Source of the DNA: Reclinomonas americana ATCC 50394
Taxonomy: Eukaryota
Assembly: GCA_048213135.1 (NCBI GenBank)
Contig: PS015361.1
Coordinates: 1 to 43,946 of the forward strand
Direction of reading: 5' to 3'
Length of the DNA: 43,946 bases
How positions within the stretch are numbered: the stretch's first letter is position 1; each line of letters opens with the position of its first letter. The position numbers and the translations under genes are program-made. Of the stretch, positions 1 through 12,910 are shown piece by piece. The notes under the pieces were generated by a model. That model saw nothing but the letters and a program-made list of their open reading frames with translations. It did not search any database and was not told the origin of the DNA.

Positions 1-18
1 TGTGTGTGTATGTGGCAG

Positions 19-2699
19 TTGCACCCGAAGGACGCGTACGATTACTACCGCGATACGCCAATGTATCGTGATCGCAAGATGGAGTTGCTGCGTGTGCGTG
101 TCGAGGCCGGTGTGCAGGCGGCGCCGATGCTGCACGACGCCAATGTGCAGACCGCATGGTGTGTATTCATGCACGCTCGCTTGCCTCGCGGCGTGTGTGT
201 GTGTGTCCAACCAAACTCACTCCTCGCCTCAGGAACCTCAACAAGCCCGCGTCGGTGCAAGTCGAAGCCATCACGTACGAGGAGAGTGCGCTGGTCGACG
301 TGTTGCAGTCGAAGGATTTGCGCAAGTTCCTGTACGAGGCGGCGCCCAAGTTTCGTTGGCGTGCATGAGAGAAATGGAGCTCAAAATCGTTTTCAATTGG
401 TTCACTGACACCCGCCTGGTGATGCAGGATCGAACGCTCACTGCGTGAGAACGAGTCGGTGGATGTGTTGCTCAACGATTTCGAGCTGCTGGATCGGGAG
501 AACGATGCGGTGATCGGCGGTGGCAAGAGCGAGAACTCGCTGCACGAGTACATTAGTTTCACGGACCCACACTACAACCAGAACGACTCGGTAACCTGCA
601 TCGACTGGCACCCAAAGTTCCGCGGCGTCGTCGGCGTCTCTCTCGGCAAGAACAAGTCGTTCGACGAGCGAGTCCTCGACATGGGCAAGACCACCTCGTC
701 GTACATTCTCGTGTGGCACTTTTCGCAGAATCGGAGACCGAAGGTGCGTGCCCCCACTGGCGAGGTGTGGCATCCGTTGGGGCGTCAGAGCTGATCCTTT
801 TCTTCTACTCGTGCAGTTTGTCCTCGAAGCGCCAACAGATGTGTTGTGCTTCCGTTTCAATCCAACACAACCCCATTTGGTGGCGGGCGGCTGCACGAAC
901 GGCCAAGTGTGCTTGTGGGATGTAACAGAGGGTCTCGACATGTTGCGCTCGAAAAAGTCATCCGGTGGCACGTCGTCGTCCGCAACGGGCGGTTCGGCGG
1001 CTGCCGGCAGTGCGTCGGGTTCATCGGCCGCCGCCGGTGGCTCTGGCCAGCGTCTCGGCGAGGAGGACATTCCTGTGTTTAAGTGGATGTTGCGTGTCTT
1101 GCTTTTCCTCGTATTCATCATCGCGCACGTGCTCACATGGCACTATTTTTTGTGACAGTCGTGCGTCTAATGTCGAGTGCTCGCATCGGCGTGTGGTCAA
1201 CGATGTTCGCTGGTTGCCCGCCGAGCACGAGGTGCGACAAATCGCTTTTTACTTATGCTGTGTACACCTGCTCATCTCTGCGTTGTCGTGCAGTTTTCCA
1301 CCGACGGCTCCGTGCGTGGCTCCGAGGATGGAGTATCACATCAATTTGCGTCCATCTCTGCTGATGGCACCGTGGGCGTGTGGGACAGCCGCAAGGAGCG
1401 CAAGGAGTCTCGCAGGGGACAGCGTGCACGCGATCGAGTTGCGTTGTCAGAGGCAGGGTTGATGTACATCCTCTCTCTCTTTTTGTGACTCACACGCGAC
1501 GTAACAAATACGCCAACAGAAAGCCACAGAACACTCGGAAAACGACGTGCTGCTGGTTGCCAAGCTGGCCATGTCGCGCATCGAATCGAGCGGTGAGTTG
1601 TCCGGCTCACAGTTGGTGCTGTCGAGGCCTGGCGAATCGCCGTATGCGTTCTACTGTTGCTCGGAGGACGGCGAGTTTGTGGTGGGCGACTGGACACCGC
1701 GTGTCGACGACGAAGGCAAGCCCATTGTCGGCGTCAATGTCGTGCGCGAAGTGTACCGCGGGCATCTGGGTCCTGCGCTCTCCATGGAGCGCAGTCCACA
1801 CTTCCCCGACCTGTTCCTCACGGTGGGCGACTGGAGATTCCACGTGTGGAAGCTGGGCGTTGCGGTGCGTTTGTGTGACGAAACGAAGATGTGGGAGTAT
1901 GTGTGCTGATCCACTCGCTTTTGTGTATCACAGCAACCGCTGTTGAGCTGCTCCTTCTCGCCACACTATCTGCGATGTGGTCGCTGGTCACCGCATCGAC
2001 CTGGCGTGTTCTTTATCGGTAGCGACGACGGCACGGTGGCCGTGTGGGACATTGTGGATCAGATCAGCAAGCCTGCGTTGGTGCACTCCATCGGCAACAC
2101 CTCGGTGCGCTGCATGGAGTTCTGGACCGACAGTCGCAAGAATCGTTGCGTGTGGCGATGGGAGGGGAGGAAGGGGGGAAATAGAAAGTGGTGCTCACCA
2201 TCATCATTGTGCTCGCAGACATGCAATACTTGGCGGTGGGCGACACGCAAGGCACGCTGCATATCATGGAGCTGCCGCGAGGCTACTCGCGTGCGGTACC
2301 CGACGAGCGCAAGCTGGTGGAGAGCCTGGTGAAGCAGGAGCTCACTCGCATCAAGTACGTCAATGTGCGTCGCTCGGTGCGCGCAGCGCAGCTGGCAGAC
2401 AAGAAGGCAGCGGTACGTGGGTTCCACTCGACCATCGCTGCGTAAGACTCACTCACCCCTCAAACTTGGCGCGACAGGAGCCCATGTTCCCTGGCTTGGG
2501 CGACATGGAGGGGGCCGGCAAGGGCGACGAGAAGGGCGGTGCATCGGGATCCGGCGCCGCCGCCGCCGCCTCCCCAATCATGCTGGAGGACTCACAAGAA
2601 TTCGTCATCCTCAAGGAGGAGTTCGGCAAGCTCTTTGCCAAGCAACTGGCCGCCGACGCCGACAGCGAAGCCACGGCGGCGGCTGGCGAGTACGCCTAA
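19..2699 (+). CDS. DNAI3: Axonemal inner-arm dynein intermediate chain WDR63/IC140-like (WD40), 5' truncated by window edge, 9 complete introns
   Basis: Spliced translation ...EAGVQAAPMLHDANVQTAW|NLNKPASVQ...LHEYISFTDPH...VTCIDWHPKFRGVVGVSL...SFDERV...YILVWHFSQNRRPK|FVLEAPTDVLCFRFNPTQPHLVAGGCTNGQVCLWDV...MERSPHFPDLFLTVGDW...WSPHRPGVFFIGSDDGTVAVWDI...LAVGDTQGTLHIMELP matches WDR63 blocks as I recall them. Donors at 159, 350, 744, 1089, 1232, 1438, 1865, 2145, 2413; TAA at 2697-2699. Confidence 0.85.
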
Positions 2700-2872
2700 T
2701 CCCCCTTCTTGGCGACTTTCTCTCTCTGTCTGTCTGCTTTTCCTTGTGTCTGTCGTTGTGTGTGTGCGTGTGGTGCGTTGTGTACGAAGGCAATATCTGA
2801 TCGTGAGGTCGAGTGCATCGAGAATGCATTGCAAGATGCACCACCACGCCACGCGCAGCACAGCACAACTCT

Positions 2873-3317
2873 CTAATCATCCGAGCTGACCACGCTGCTG
2901 CGAATCCACGCCTGCAGCAAATCGACACAAGTGAGCACCCGAAGCCAGTCAGTGTCACCACAGCCGAGCAAGCAGACCTCCTCCATGCGCTTGGCCACGA
3001 AGAGAGTGACGGCGCCACCGAGTGCTGCTCCGCCCTTGCAACACACATAGTCGCAATCAATCTCTCTCTCCCCACATTGGAAGAGAATGCGATCAAAGGA
3101 AGGAGGGGAAACATACCAGCACACCGGCCACCACTGGTCTCCTACTGTAGGCCGCCAGTCGAGGCGCCATGCGATAGCCCGCAAGTGCGCCACCCGCCGC
3201 ACCTTACAGCACAAAGAACAAAGGTCAGTGAAAATGTGCAGAAGAGGAGGACATGCTTGCAGTACCTGAGAACACCATGATGCGCTTCAGAGTCTTCCGC
3301 AAGTCGCCGAGGCCCAT
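2873..3317 (-). CDS. Small (77 aa) glycine-zipper membrane protein of unknown function, 4 exons
   Basis: Exons 3317-3266, 3202-3117, 3034-2978 and 2911-2873 join in frame across GT-AG introns to give MGLGDLRKTLKRIMVFSGAAGGALAGYRMAPRLAAYSRRPVVAGVLGGAALGGAVTLFVAKRMEEAWIRSSVVSSDD*. It has two GxxxG-rich hydrophobic segments and is not visible as one ORF in the track. Confidence 0.6.
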
Positions 3318-3678
3318 TCTCTCTGTCTGCGTCTCTGACTCGACTCGTGATTGATCTTGTCCTCGACGTTCACAAGAGAGATGTGGTGTCGCCGAGAGCG
3401 TTGCAGCGTGAAAGTGTGCAGTACAAGCTGTTCAACTACGCGCGAGGCATGTGCGGAAAGAGAGCCAGTCACAGCACGAATCGCGCGCAACGTCGCACTT
3501 CGACGTGAGTTGCTTCTTTGCTGCTCATTTGCCATCACGGCGTTCATTCCATACAACGCCAGGTGGCAAGCAGAGCAATCTATGACACCTGCCAGGCGTG
3601 CTGTCGGAGATGGTCTCGAGCTCGAACTCCGCGCGCGCAGGACAGACACTTCCCCATCCTCGACTCGTTGAGCGCGAT

Positions 3679-6600
3679 ATGTGGTCGCAGTCACTTCGAC
3701 TGCGGCTGCTCGGCCTGATGCCGCCACAGCGCACCACTGCGGTGGTGCAGCAGATGGTGTGGGCATCCACGCGCGCCTCCATTCAGCGTGTGGAGAGCGA
3801 GTCGTTCCTCAGTGGAGCCTCTGCGTTGCGTAACAGACTGAGAAGAAGAGTGGAGAGGAGAGGTGTGAGCTGATGCACAAGCAAAGAGACAACGCGTGCG
3901 TGAGAGAGTGTGAGTGTGTGTGTGTGTTTGGCCCACATGGGCATGCCTGTGTTGGTTTTGGTCAATCTGCATGCTCTTCTCTCTCGCTTGACTCTCACTG
4001 TGCGCGCGCGTGTGTGTGTGTGCGTGCTCGCTCGTTCTGCTCTGTGGGAGAAGAAAAAAACGAGTCGACTGCTGCAAAGTTTTGATTGATGTATAATGTT
4101 CGTTTTCCCTCGCAAACACACAGATGCACAGATGCACTCTCTCTCTCTTCCTTTCTCTCTCATTGTGCTCGCTCGACCAGCGCATTCACACACAGATCAG
4201 TGATTGATGAAATGGGAAACGTGGGGGGGGGGGTTTGGCTGTCAGTCATCTGCATGTCGTACTCACTCGCACACGCGCATGCACACATACAGTCAAGTGG
4301 TGGACGACATGTATCAACAGTGGCAGGCGGATGCCAACTCGGTGCCGGAGTCGTGGCGCAAGTTTTTCGGCGATGTGGATCGCTCGGGTGCTGTGGATCC
4401 GAGCAAATCGATTCCCTTTGTGCCGCTCGCACGCACCACCGTCCTCTCGGCGGCGGCGGTGGAGGCCACTGGATCGCAGGCGTCGCCCATGACCAGCAAG
4501 AGCGTCGAGCGAGAGCTGCAGGATCACAACATTCGTTGCGTGTGTGTGTGTATTGTCTTCTTCTTGTGCTGCCGTTCCTGACCCTCTCGCGTGCACACAG
4601 TGACACAGCTCATTCGTGGGTACCGCGTGCGTGGCCACTTGCTGGCCGACCTGGACCCGCTCAAGCTCGACAAGCGCCCCTACGCGGCCGATCTCGATCC
4701 AAGCAGCTACGGTTTCACGGAGGCCGACATGCAACGCAAGTTTTACGTGGGCGAGAGTCTGGGCCTGGTGGCCACCGAGGAGGAGCCGCATTCATGGCGC
4801 ACCCTCGAGTCTATCATTGCACAGCTCAAGTCTGCGTACTGCGGCCGGCTCGGTGTGGAGTTCTTCCACATTGCCGATCAGGGCCAGCGTGCTTTCCTCG
4901 GTCGCATTGTTGCGCATATTGTTGTTGTTGTTGTCGTCGCGTTTCATTGCACGTTGCTTACTCGTGCTGCAGATGGAGCGCCAGAACCCGTACGCACTCT
5001 CGGCAGAGAAGAAGAAACGTATCCTGCTGGGTTTGCTGCACGCTGACCGCTTCGAGAACTTCCTCAAGACCAAGTGGACCACGGCCAAGCGCTTTGGACT
5101 GGAGGGTGGCGAGGCTCTGATCCCGGCTCTGGACATGCTGATTACGCACGCGTCGGAGCTCGGTGTCGAGGCTTGCGTGCTCGGCATGCCCCATCGCGGT
5201 CGTCTTTCTGTGCTGTGCAACATTGTTGCGTCGCTGATGCTGCTGATGATGGATGCACAGTGTGCTCTCTGCTCACTCTTTTTCTCTCCCATTNNNNNNN
5301 NNNNNNNNNNNNNNNNNNNNNNNNNNNNNNNNNNNNNNNNNNNNNNNNNNNNNNNNNNNNNNNNNNNNNNNNNNNNNNNNNNNNNNNNNNNNNNNNNNNN
5401 NNNNNNNNNNNNNNNNNNNNNNNNNNNNNNNNNNNNNNNNNNNNNNNNNNNNNNNNNNNNNNNNNNNNNNNNNNNNNNNNNNNNNNNNNNNNNNNNNNNN
5501 NNNNNNNNNNNNNNNNNNNNNNNNNNNNNNNNNNNNNNNNNNNNNNNNNNNNNNNNNNNNNNNNNNNNNNNNNNNNNNNNNNNNNNNNNNNNNNNNNNNN
5601 NNNNNNNNNNNNNNNNNNNNNNNNNNNNNNNNNNNNNNNNNNNNNNNNNNNNNNNNNNNNNNNNNNNNNNNNNNNNNNNNNNNNGCGCGTCCGACTCACC
5701 AGTGGCGTCGGGTGCTTCTCAATCACGTTGTACATGTGCGGCTGAGTGAACTTGGGCTCGTCGATCTCGTTGTGTCCGTGACGGCGGTAGCACACAATGT
5801 CGACCACCACATCGCGGTGGAACTTTTGGCGCCACTCCATCGCGGCCTCCACGGCAAAGATGACGGCCTCTGGGTCGTCGCCATTGACGTGGAAGATGGG
5901 TGCGCCGACAGTCTTGGCCACGTCGGAGCAGTACGGCGACGAGCGAGCCTTGCGCGGATCAGTGGTGAAGCCTGCTCGCCACGGGTGAGCGTCGATGCAC
6001 ACCAGACGGGGGAGGCAAAGAAAACCCACGTACCAATCTGGTTGTTGACGATAATGTGCACGGTGCCGCCAGTAGTGTAGGCGGGCAGGTCCGAGAAACC
6101 GAGCGTCTCAAACACGACTCCCTGACCGGCAAACGCGGCATCGCCGTGCATGAGGATGCTCATCACCTTGTTGCGCTCGACATCACCGCGGAAGTGCTGC
6201 TTGGCACGCGTCTTGCCCTCGACCACCGGGTTGACGGCTTCGAGGTGCGACGGGTTGGCAGTCAGCGACAGGTTGACCTTCTTGCCGTTCGGCAGGTTGC
6301 GGCTGGTGGACTCGCCCAGGTGATACTTGACGTCACCAGAGCCACCCCACACGGCGTCGACCAGATCGTCCTCCTCCACGTGGCCGTGGAACTCGGCGAA
6401 CAGAGCGCGCATGGGCTTTTCCATCTGCGGTGANNNNNNNNNNNNNNNNNNNNNNNNNNNNNNNNNNNNNNNNNNNNNNNNNNNNNNNNNNNNNNNNNNN
6501 NNNNNNNNNNNNNNNNNNNNNNNNNNNNNNNNNNNNNNNNNNNNNNNNNNNNNNNNNNNNNNNNNNNNNNNNNNNNNNNNNNNNNNNNNNNNNNNNNNNN

Positions 6601-9110
6601 NNNNNNNNNNNNNNNNNNNNNNNNNNNNNNNNNNNNNNNNNNNNNNNNNNNNNNNNNNNNNNNNNNNNNNNNNNNNNNNNNNNNNNNNNNNNNNNNNNNN
6701 NNNNNNNNNNNNNNNNNNNNNNNNNNNNNNNNNNNNNNNNNNNNNNNNNNNNNNNNNNNNNNNNNNNNNNNNNNNNNNNNNNNNNNNNNNNNNNNNNNNN
6801 NNNNNNNNNNNNNNNNNNNNNNNNNNNNNNNNNNNNNNNNNTTGGCATTCGGTTTTTTTGTGAGTGATGCCGTGGATGCTGACTCGAGAGTGGTGCAGGA
6901 TATCTACTCCAAGAAACTAATCAGCGAGGGTGTGATCACGGAGGAGGAGTTGAAGGACATGATTCGTGGCATTGACGACAACTTGGAGGCCGAGTTCAAG
7001 GCCAGCAAGGAGTACAAGAAGAAGGAGGGCGAGTGGCTGGAGAATAACTGGCAGGGTGCGTGAGTGTGTGGGTGCTTAGGAGCAGGGGATGGTTGTCAGC
7101 AATGATGTTCGATATTAGTCTTTGTTGAGGCACTCCGGGGTCGGAGTGCCGTTGAGATCAACATTTATTCTCTGAGCTTGACATTTGTCTCTCTCCCACT
7201 TTGTTGTATTCTGCCTCTCGTGACTGTCACTTTGCTGACTGATGTTGCGTGTGCGTGATGCATGGCAGGCTACAAGCGTATCAAGGAGCAGGGTGTCATC
7301 AAGCCGACTGGCATTGAGCTCGGTGTGTGTGGACATGGTAGCCGTCAGTGAGCACTTTTTTGTGTTTCTCAAGTGAGCCATGTTGATGCGCAGGCGCACT
7401 GCGTGAGCTGGCCGCCAAGATTTCAACGCTGCCGCAGGACTTTACTCTGCACCGTGGTGTGAAGCGTGTGTACGACTACCGTGAGAAGGTGGCCGCGCTG
7501 GCTGCCGACGACAAGAAGGTCGACTGGGGCATGGGCGAGCTGCTCGCTTACGCCTCGTTGCTGCGCGAGGGCATTCCTGTGCGACTCAGGTTTGTTGACA
7601 ACCTCAGCGCTTAGCTTTTCCCATTATTATCACTATTATCACTCAACCCACCCTGTATAACAAAAAATAGTGGCCAGGACTGCGAGCGCGGCACGTTCAG
7701 CCACCGCCACGCACTTGTGCACGACCAGAAGATCCCTGGCCGCGAGTGGATTCCGCTCGACAACATGTACGACAAGCAGGGCAAGTTCCGCGTCACCAAC
7801 TCGCACTTGTCAGAAATGGGCGTGCTCGGCTTCGAGCTCGGTATGTGTGTGTGCGATTCTCCATCGACGCACACGCCAGCAAGCTGACCACTCTCGTGTC
7901 CATTACGCAGGCTACAGCCTGGAGCACCCGCTGCTTCTGGTGCTGTGGGAGGCGCAGTTTGGCGATTTTGGCAATGGAGCCCAGATCATCATTGATCAGT
8001 TTATCGCCTCGGGCGAGCGCAAGTGGAAGCGGCAGTCGGGTCTCACCCTCCTGTTGCCACACGGCTACGATGGCCAGGGTCCGGAACACTCTAGCGCGCG
8101 TCCAGAGCGCTTCTTGCAGCTTTCGGACGATGACCCAGAGTTGGTGCGTTGCCTCGGTTCACTCGAGAGAGTCACCTCCTGTGGTCGCGGCTGACTCGTT
8201 TGATTTTTCGCAGTTCCCGCCAATGACGGCTGCACACCAGCTGCAGACGGCAAACATGGCAGTGTGCAACATCAGCACACCCGCCAACTTGTTCCATGTG
8301 TTGCGGCGACAGGTGCGGTTTTTCATTCTGCTCTCACTTCTCTTTCTTTTCTCATTCCCTCGTCACAGATCCACCGTGATTACCGCAAGCCGCTGGTGAT
8401 CATGACACCGAAGAAGCTTCTGCGCCACCCGCTGGCGGTGTCCTCTATGGAGGAGTTTGGTCCCGGCTACGAGTTCCAGTCGATCATTCCCGGTTCGTGT
8501 GTGTGTTCGTCTCTTCGGTGGTTGTTGTCGTCGTCAGTCGTCGCTCACTCGCAATCGCAGAGACCGAGAAGCTCGTGCCACCGAATGAGGTCACCCGCCT
8601 CGTTTTCTGTTCTGGCCAGGTCTACTACGATCTGTTCGAGCGACGCAAGGAGCGTGACATCCATGTGCGTGATTCACCAAACTTGTCATTCATGACTCTC
8701 GAAAGAAAAAACACTCGCTCACCAATCCGCACCACGCAGGACGTCGCCATTGTCCGTGTGGAGCAAATTGCTCCGTTCCCGTACGCTGCCGTTGCCGAGC
8801 AATGCCAGAAGTACCCGAAGGCCGAGGTTGTGTGGTGCCAAGAGGAGCCGCAGAACCAGGGCGCTCTGAACTTTGCCGTGCTGCGCATCAATGTGTGCCT
8901 GCAGGATGGTCGCCGATGTGTGAGTACCATTGTCCCCTGCCAACATCGCCAGTCGCATGCTCCGTCGCTGACCCGTGTACCTTGTGGTTTTCTCGTTTGC
9001 AGTCACACGCCAGTCGCGAGTCGTCGGCATCGCCGGCCACCGGCTCACCCTACGTGCACGAGTTCGAGCGCAACTTGCTGCTCAACGCTGCGCTGCGCAT
9101 CCACGACTAA
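3679..9110 (+). CDS. OGDH: Mitochondrial 2-oxoglutarate dehydrogenase E1; two middle exons lie on an inverted contig (5685-6433)
   Basis: [13 protein letters not shown] (presequence-like)...[19 protein letters not shown]...[18 protein letters not shown]...[13 protein letters not shown]...GMPHRGRL...[10 protein letters not shown]...[10 protein letters not shown]...[10 protein letters not shown]...NNQIG|FTT...[12 protein letters not shown]...[16 protein letters not shown]...[13 protein letters not shown]...[24 protein letters not shown]...[10 protein letters not shown]...SASPATG; TAA at 9108-9110. Confidence 0.97.
5685..6433 (-). other. Gap-flanked contig in inverted orientation carrying OGDH exons
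   Basis: The minus strand encodes MEKPMRALF...HPTPL, which fits exactly between plus-strand ...SVLCNI (ends 5224) and DIYSKKL (starts 6899). N runs lie on both sides. Confidence 0.92.
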
Positions 9111-9245
9111 GCGAATGCGCGAGGCGTGGGCTGTACCCTTGTTTTTTCTCTCTCTCTTGTATGTTTCGGTTTCGAGTGAAGGTCGTTTATTCTACGTATC
9201 ACGTCCGTCCTCCCCTCCATCGTCCTTCCACACCGCGCAGCAACG

Positions 9246-10521
9246 ATGGGAACGATGCGACTGGCCCACTGTTGCGTCGCCCGGTGATCGACACCACCAG
9301 CGCATCGTCGCATGCTCACCAAGTACGCACACAGTGTCAGACATTCACGTGCTGCCGTCGTCGGCTGGCCTCTTTTCACACGCACTCTTGTCACCGAAAC
9401 GCATGCTCGGCGCGCTCAACATCAAATGGCGTCGCGGTCGCAACGCATACCCTCCCGCGCTGGTCACTCGCAGCCTCGACGATGCAAAGCAGCAAGTGTG
9501 TGCGCGTGTGAGAGGAAGAGATCATCATCTTTTGTCGTCGTCGTCGTCTCACGTGGTGGCGCTTGTCATTCAGGGCGCGAATCACTTTTTCGTCACTGGT
9601 GACCTCACCAACTTGGCCACCGAGGACGAGTTCGCGTACGCTCGCCATCTGCTGGCGGCCGGTGCGCGGATTTCGAGACAACTCGCCCCCTGTGTGTGCT
9701 CACTTCCCCTTTTTGATGCAGACGCCTCGGTGTGGCAACACTCGACGGTGATACCCGGCAACCACGATATCTACACGTACGGGTGCCCACTGCACGATCG
9801 GTTCGCCCGACACTTCCTGCCGTCGGGCGTGTCGACAGCAGCGGCGTTTCCGCTGCACAGCACAGTGCAGAGCGGCACGCAACGTGTGCAGATCCTGGCG
9901 TTCAACTCGGCCGTCCCCAGACCGCTGTTCATGTCGGGAGGGCGTGTGTCGGCCGAGCAGTGGGAACGAGCAGAGCGCCTGTGGTCACCGCAGGTCGGTC
10001 GGATCGAGTCTCCCCCGCTCCCTTCCCGCCCCACATGCTGACTGTGTGTCGCAGAAACCGAGTCCCGACGTGTTCCGTGTGGTGGTACTGCATCATCCAC
10101 CACTGCCACGACGAACACCTCGCTCGCAAACCATGCACGGACTGGACGCGGTCGACATTGAGCGCATGGCGCAGTTCTGCGAGCGGCATCACGTCGATCT
10201 GGTGCTGCACGGTCACACGCACACACCGAGTGCCGTTGCGTGCTCCATCCACCGTCTTCTCTCTCAGTATCGCCCGCACCTCACTCCACTCCTCTCCTTC
10301 CCTCTCCCTCCCTCTCGCAGCGCCGACTGGCGAACAGCGCCGGAACGCCCGTCTACGAGTCCGGCAGCACCACGATGCTGGCCGAGAATCCACTCGTGAC
10401 GGCACGCTACAACATGTATGAGGTGCGCGACGGCAAGCTGGTACGCGCATGGTCGCGAGTCTTTGACACCAAGAGCAACTCGTTCCGCGAGGTCGACCTG
10501 CCGGTGCTGCATCCCGAATAG
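9246..10521 (+). CDS. Calcineurin-like metallophosphoesterase (CpdA/Icc-like), 5 introns
   Basis: All five metal-binding motifs are present after splicing: RLAH|LSDIH, VTGDLTN, IPGNHD, VLHHPP, LHGHTH. TAG at 10519-10521. Confidence 0.9.
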
Positions 10522-10597
10522 AAGAAACCCCCCGATTAATGATGATGCTGCTGTTAACATTATAGTGCTGCCTAGAATTGCATTTGTTGTCTACACG

Positions 10598-12849
10598 TCA
10601 GTCGCCGACCTCTGACGCTATTACCGTATTGAGCAGTGTGGTGCGTCGATCGACCTTGCTGATGTCCAAGTGCACCGCACCGCCGCCATTGTGACTGTGG
10701 AGCGAGCGCAGCGTGAGTTAATGACCCCCACGGCGACACAACGCATGAAAGACAACGCAACTGATCGCGTACAATCGCACAGAGAGTACGCAAAGAACTC
10801 GGCAGAATCGTTCCCGCCACAAAGACACCGTGCACCGTGCGACCACCCTGCTGAAAATCGCGAAACTCCAGCTGCAACATTTCAGGTAAAGTGAGTCGGC
10901 GCAACAAGACTCGAAGTTGCAGCCACACGCGCGCACCCGTAATGATTGCAGCGTGCCATTCACGAACGCAGACGGACTCAGCAATTGCGGCACGTCGGCA
11001 GTGAACCGTCGGCACTCATTCAGCAACACATCAAACACCTGTCGCACACTCCTGCCTCGCGCCACCACATGCACACAGTTCGCCCTGTGTGAAGCACGCG
11101 TGTGGGCGACAATCAACGAGCATTACTCATTGACCTTGAGCTGGACGCAACTTGGCGGCGCCTGGTCGCACACCCGGCGTGAGGTCAAGTGGTCTCAGCT
11201 CCACATCCAATCCTGCAACACCGACGAGTGTCAGCAACGTGTGGGGGAAAGGTGCAGTGCAGCTCGAGCCAACCTTCCCGATCGAGCACGTTGCGCACAT
11301 AGGGCGGGACCGGAGTCCACACAGCGAGAGGTCGATTGCCGGCACCGCGACCAAAGAAGGCGCACTCTGTCGGCCACAACACATAAAAGTATTCACACAA
11401 TCCGTTCTGATAGGAGGACCACAACGAAGTGATGGCCTGCTCCCTGGAGGTCACAAAGATAGCAGGACGGTGAGATGCACCAGCAAGCAACATCCATGCA
11501 TCAACGCACGCAAACCATTCGCGTATTCTCGACGTCAGAAACGCCGAGTCGTCGGCCGACAGGCTGCTCAGCACAGGCGACAGCGTGTCGAGTGTTTCCG
11601 TGTCCACGGCCGAACTGCTCGCAGCACTCACGAGAATGAACAAACACGCGACTGTGGTGCAGATGGTGAAGACCCACGAGTGGATCATCGCACCTTCGTT
11701 CCTGCGCGACCTTGAGGTGCGCAGCGGTACTGGCTGGCACGGCTGACGAAGGATGCGCAAAGTACAACAGGCCCTGGCACAGTGAGCGCGTCTCGCCAAA
11801 CACCTCATCCTGTGCACTCTCATGTTGGTGGTCGGCTTGCTTCAAGATACACGGAGAGACTCGCGAATGACGCACCTCGGCGGCGTGCACACCCAGACAT
11901 TTGAGCAACGCCGATGTGTGCTCCGTGGATCGCGTCTGCTGGCACCACGCAAACGGCGACGACGAAGTGAAAGCCATTTCCGTGCGCAGAATCCAGTCAC
12001 GCGGCACATTGTCGGCACGCTACGCACCACAGCAACGAGCAGCGCATGTCAGACAGGGAGAAAAACGAACACAACACTGAAAACTGATGAGCACCTCGGT
12101 CGGTGGCGCGGCCGCAGCAACGCGCAGAGTCAACAGCTTCACCGTCGACCCCGTTGTCGTTGTAGTGGTGGCGGTCGTCGTTGTCGCAGCCGCCGCCGCC
12201 GCAGCAGCAGCCGCCGCAGCTGCCGATCCAACTTGCACCTTGCGAGACGCCGCCGCACTCCGCGCAATCACCTCGTCCACCCATTCTTGCTCCGAGGCAG
12301 TCGCCGGTGCAGCACCAACCGCACCCGCAATCATCTCGTGGAACCCATTCTGCAGCCCCGCTCCCAGCGCCGCGTGTCGCGACACGTCCTCCTGCATCTC
12401 CATGGTCAACAACACTGCGAGACACACACACACAGACACACACAGACCTCCCAACTCGTCAGTCGACGCACACCGTTGGCCGCCGCAGTGGTTGTGGTGG
12501 CACCTCTCAACTGGCGATCACTATCATCGTCGTCATCTTCATCATCATTATCGGCTTCACCATCATCATCGCGATCGTCGCCTTCATCGTCGACATGAGG
12601 AGTTCGCTGCCGCGATCGGGATGCTCGCGTTGAAGGCGCTGGCGGTGACTTGCTGGTGGGCCGGCGTCGTGCCAGTGGCAGTGGCGATGGCGGTTTTCGT
12701 GGAGGTGAGGAACCCGATGCAGCCGCTGTTGTCGTTGTTGTGCGTGTGGCTGGCGCCTGCAAGAATTTTTTCCGCTTGGTCGCCGGTGCACCGTTGCCGA
12801 GTGACCCGTTCAGCCCAGAGACGGACTGGTCCTCGGCGGCGCGTTTCAT
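10598..12849 (-). CDS. DONSON: DONSON (downstream neighbour of SON) replication/CMG assembly factor homologue, multi-exon
   Basis: After a low-complexity N-terminus, ordered blocks PRDWILRTEMAFTSSSPFAW, LCQGLLYFAHP, W|EQAITSLWSSYQNGLCEYFYV, VRNVLDREG, DVPQLLSPSAFVNGTLQSL and VAGTILPSSL recall DONSON [28 protein letters not shown], SLY...CPYFYV, PPTLLSPVAFRGAT and ITGPIMPHSL. Start and last exon are less certain. Confidence 0.82.
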
Positions 12850-12910
12850 GCAAGCAAGCGTGGACGGTTTGCGATGACAAATGACGTCAATTTCCCGCAA
12901 TTTTGTATTA

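Noticed and set aside
11185-11823. Standalone secreted protein starting MIHSWVFTICTTVACLFILV
   Set aside because: The apparent signal peptide is translated intron sequence. The downstream part belongs to the DONSON model.
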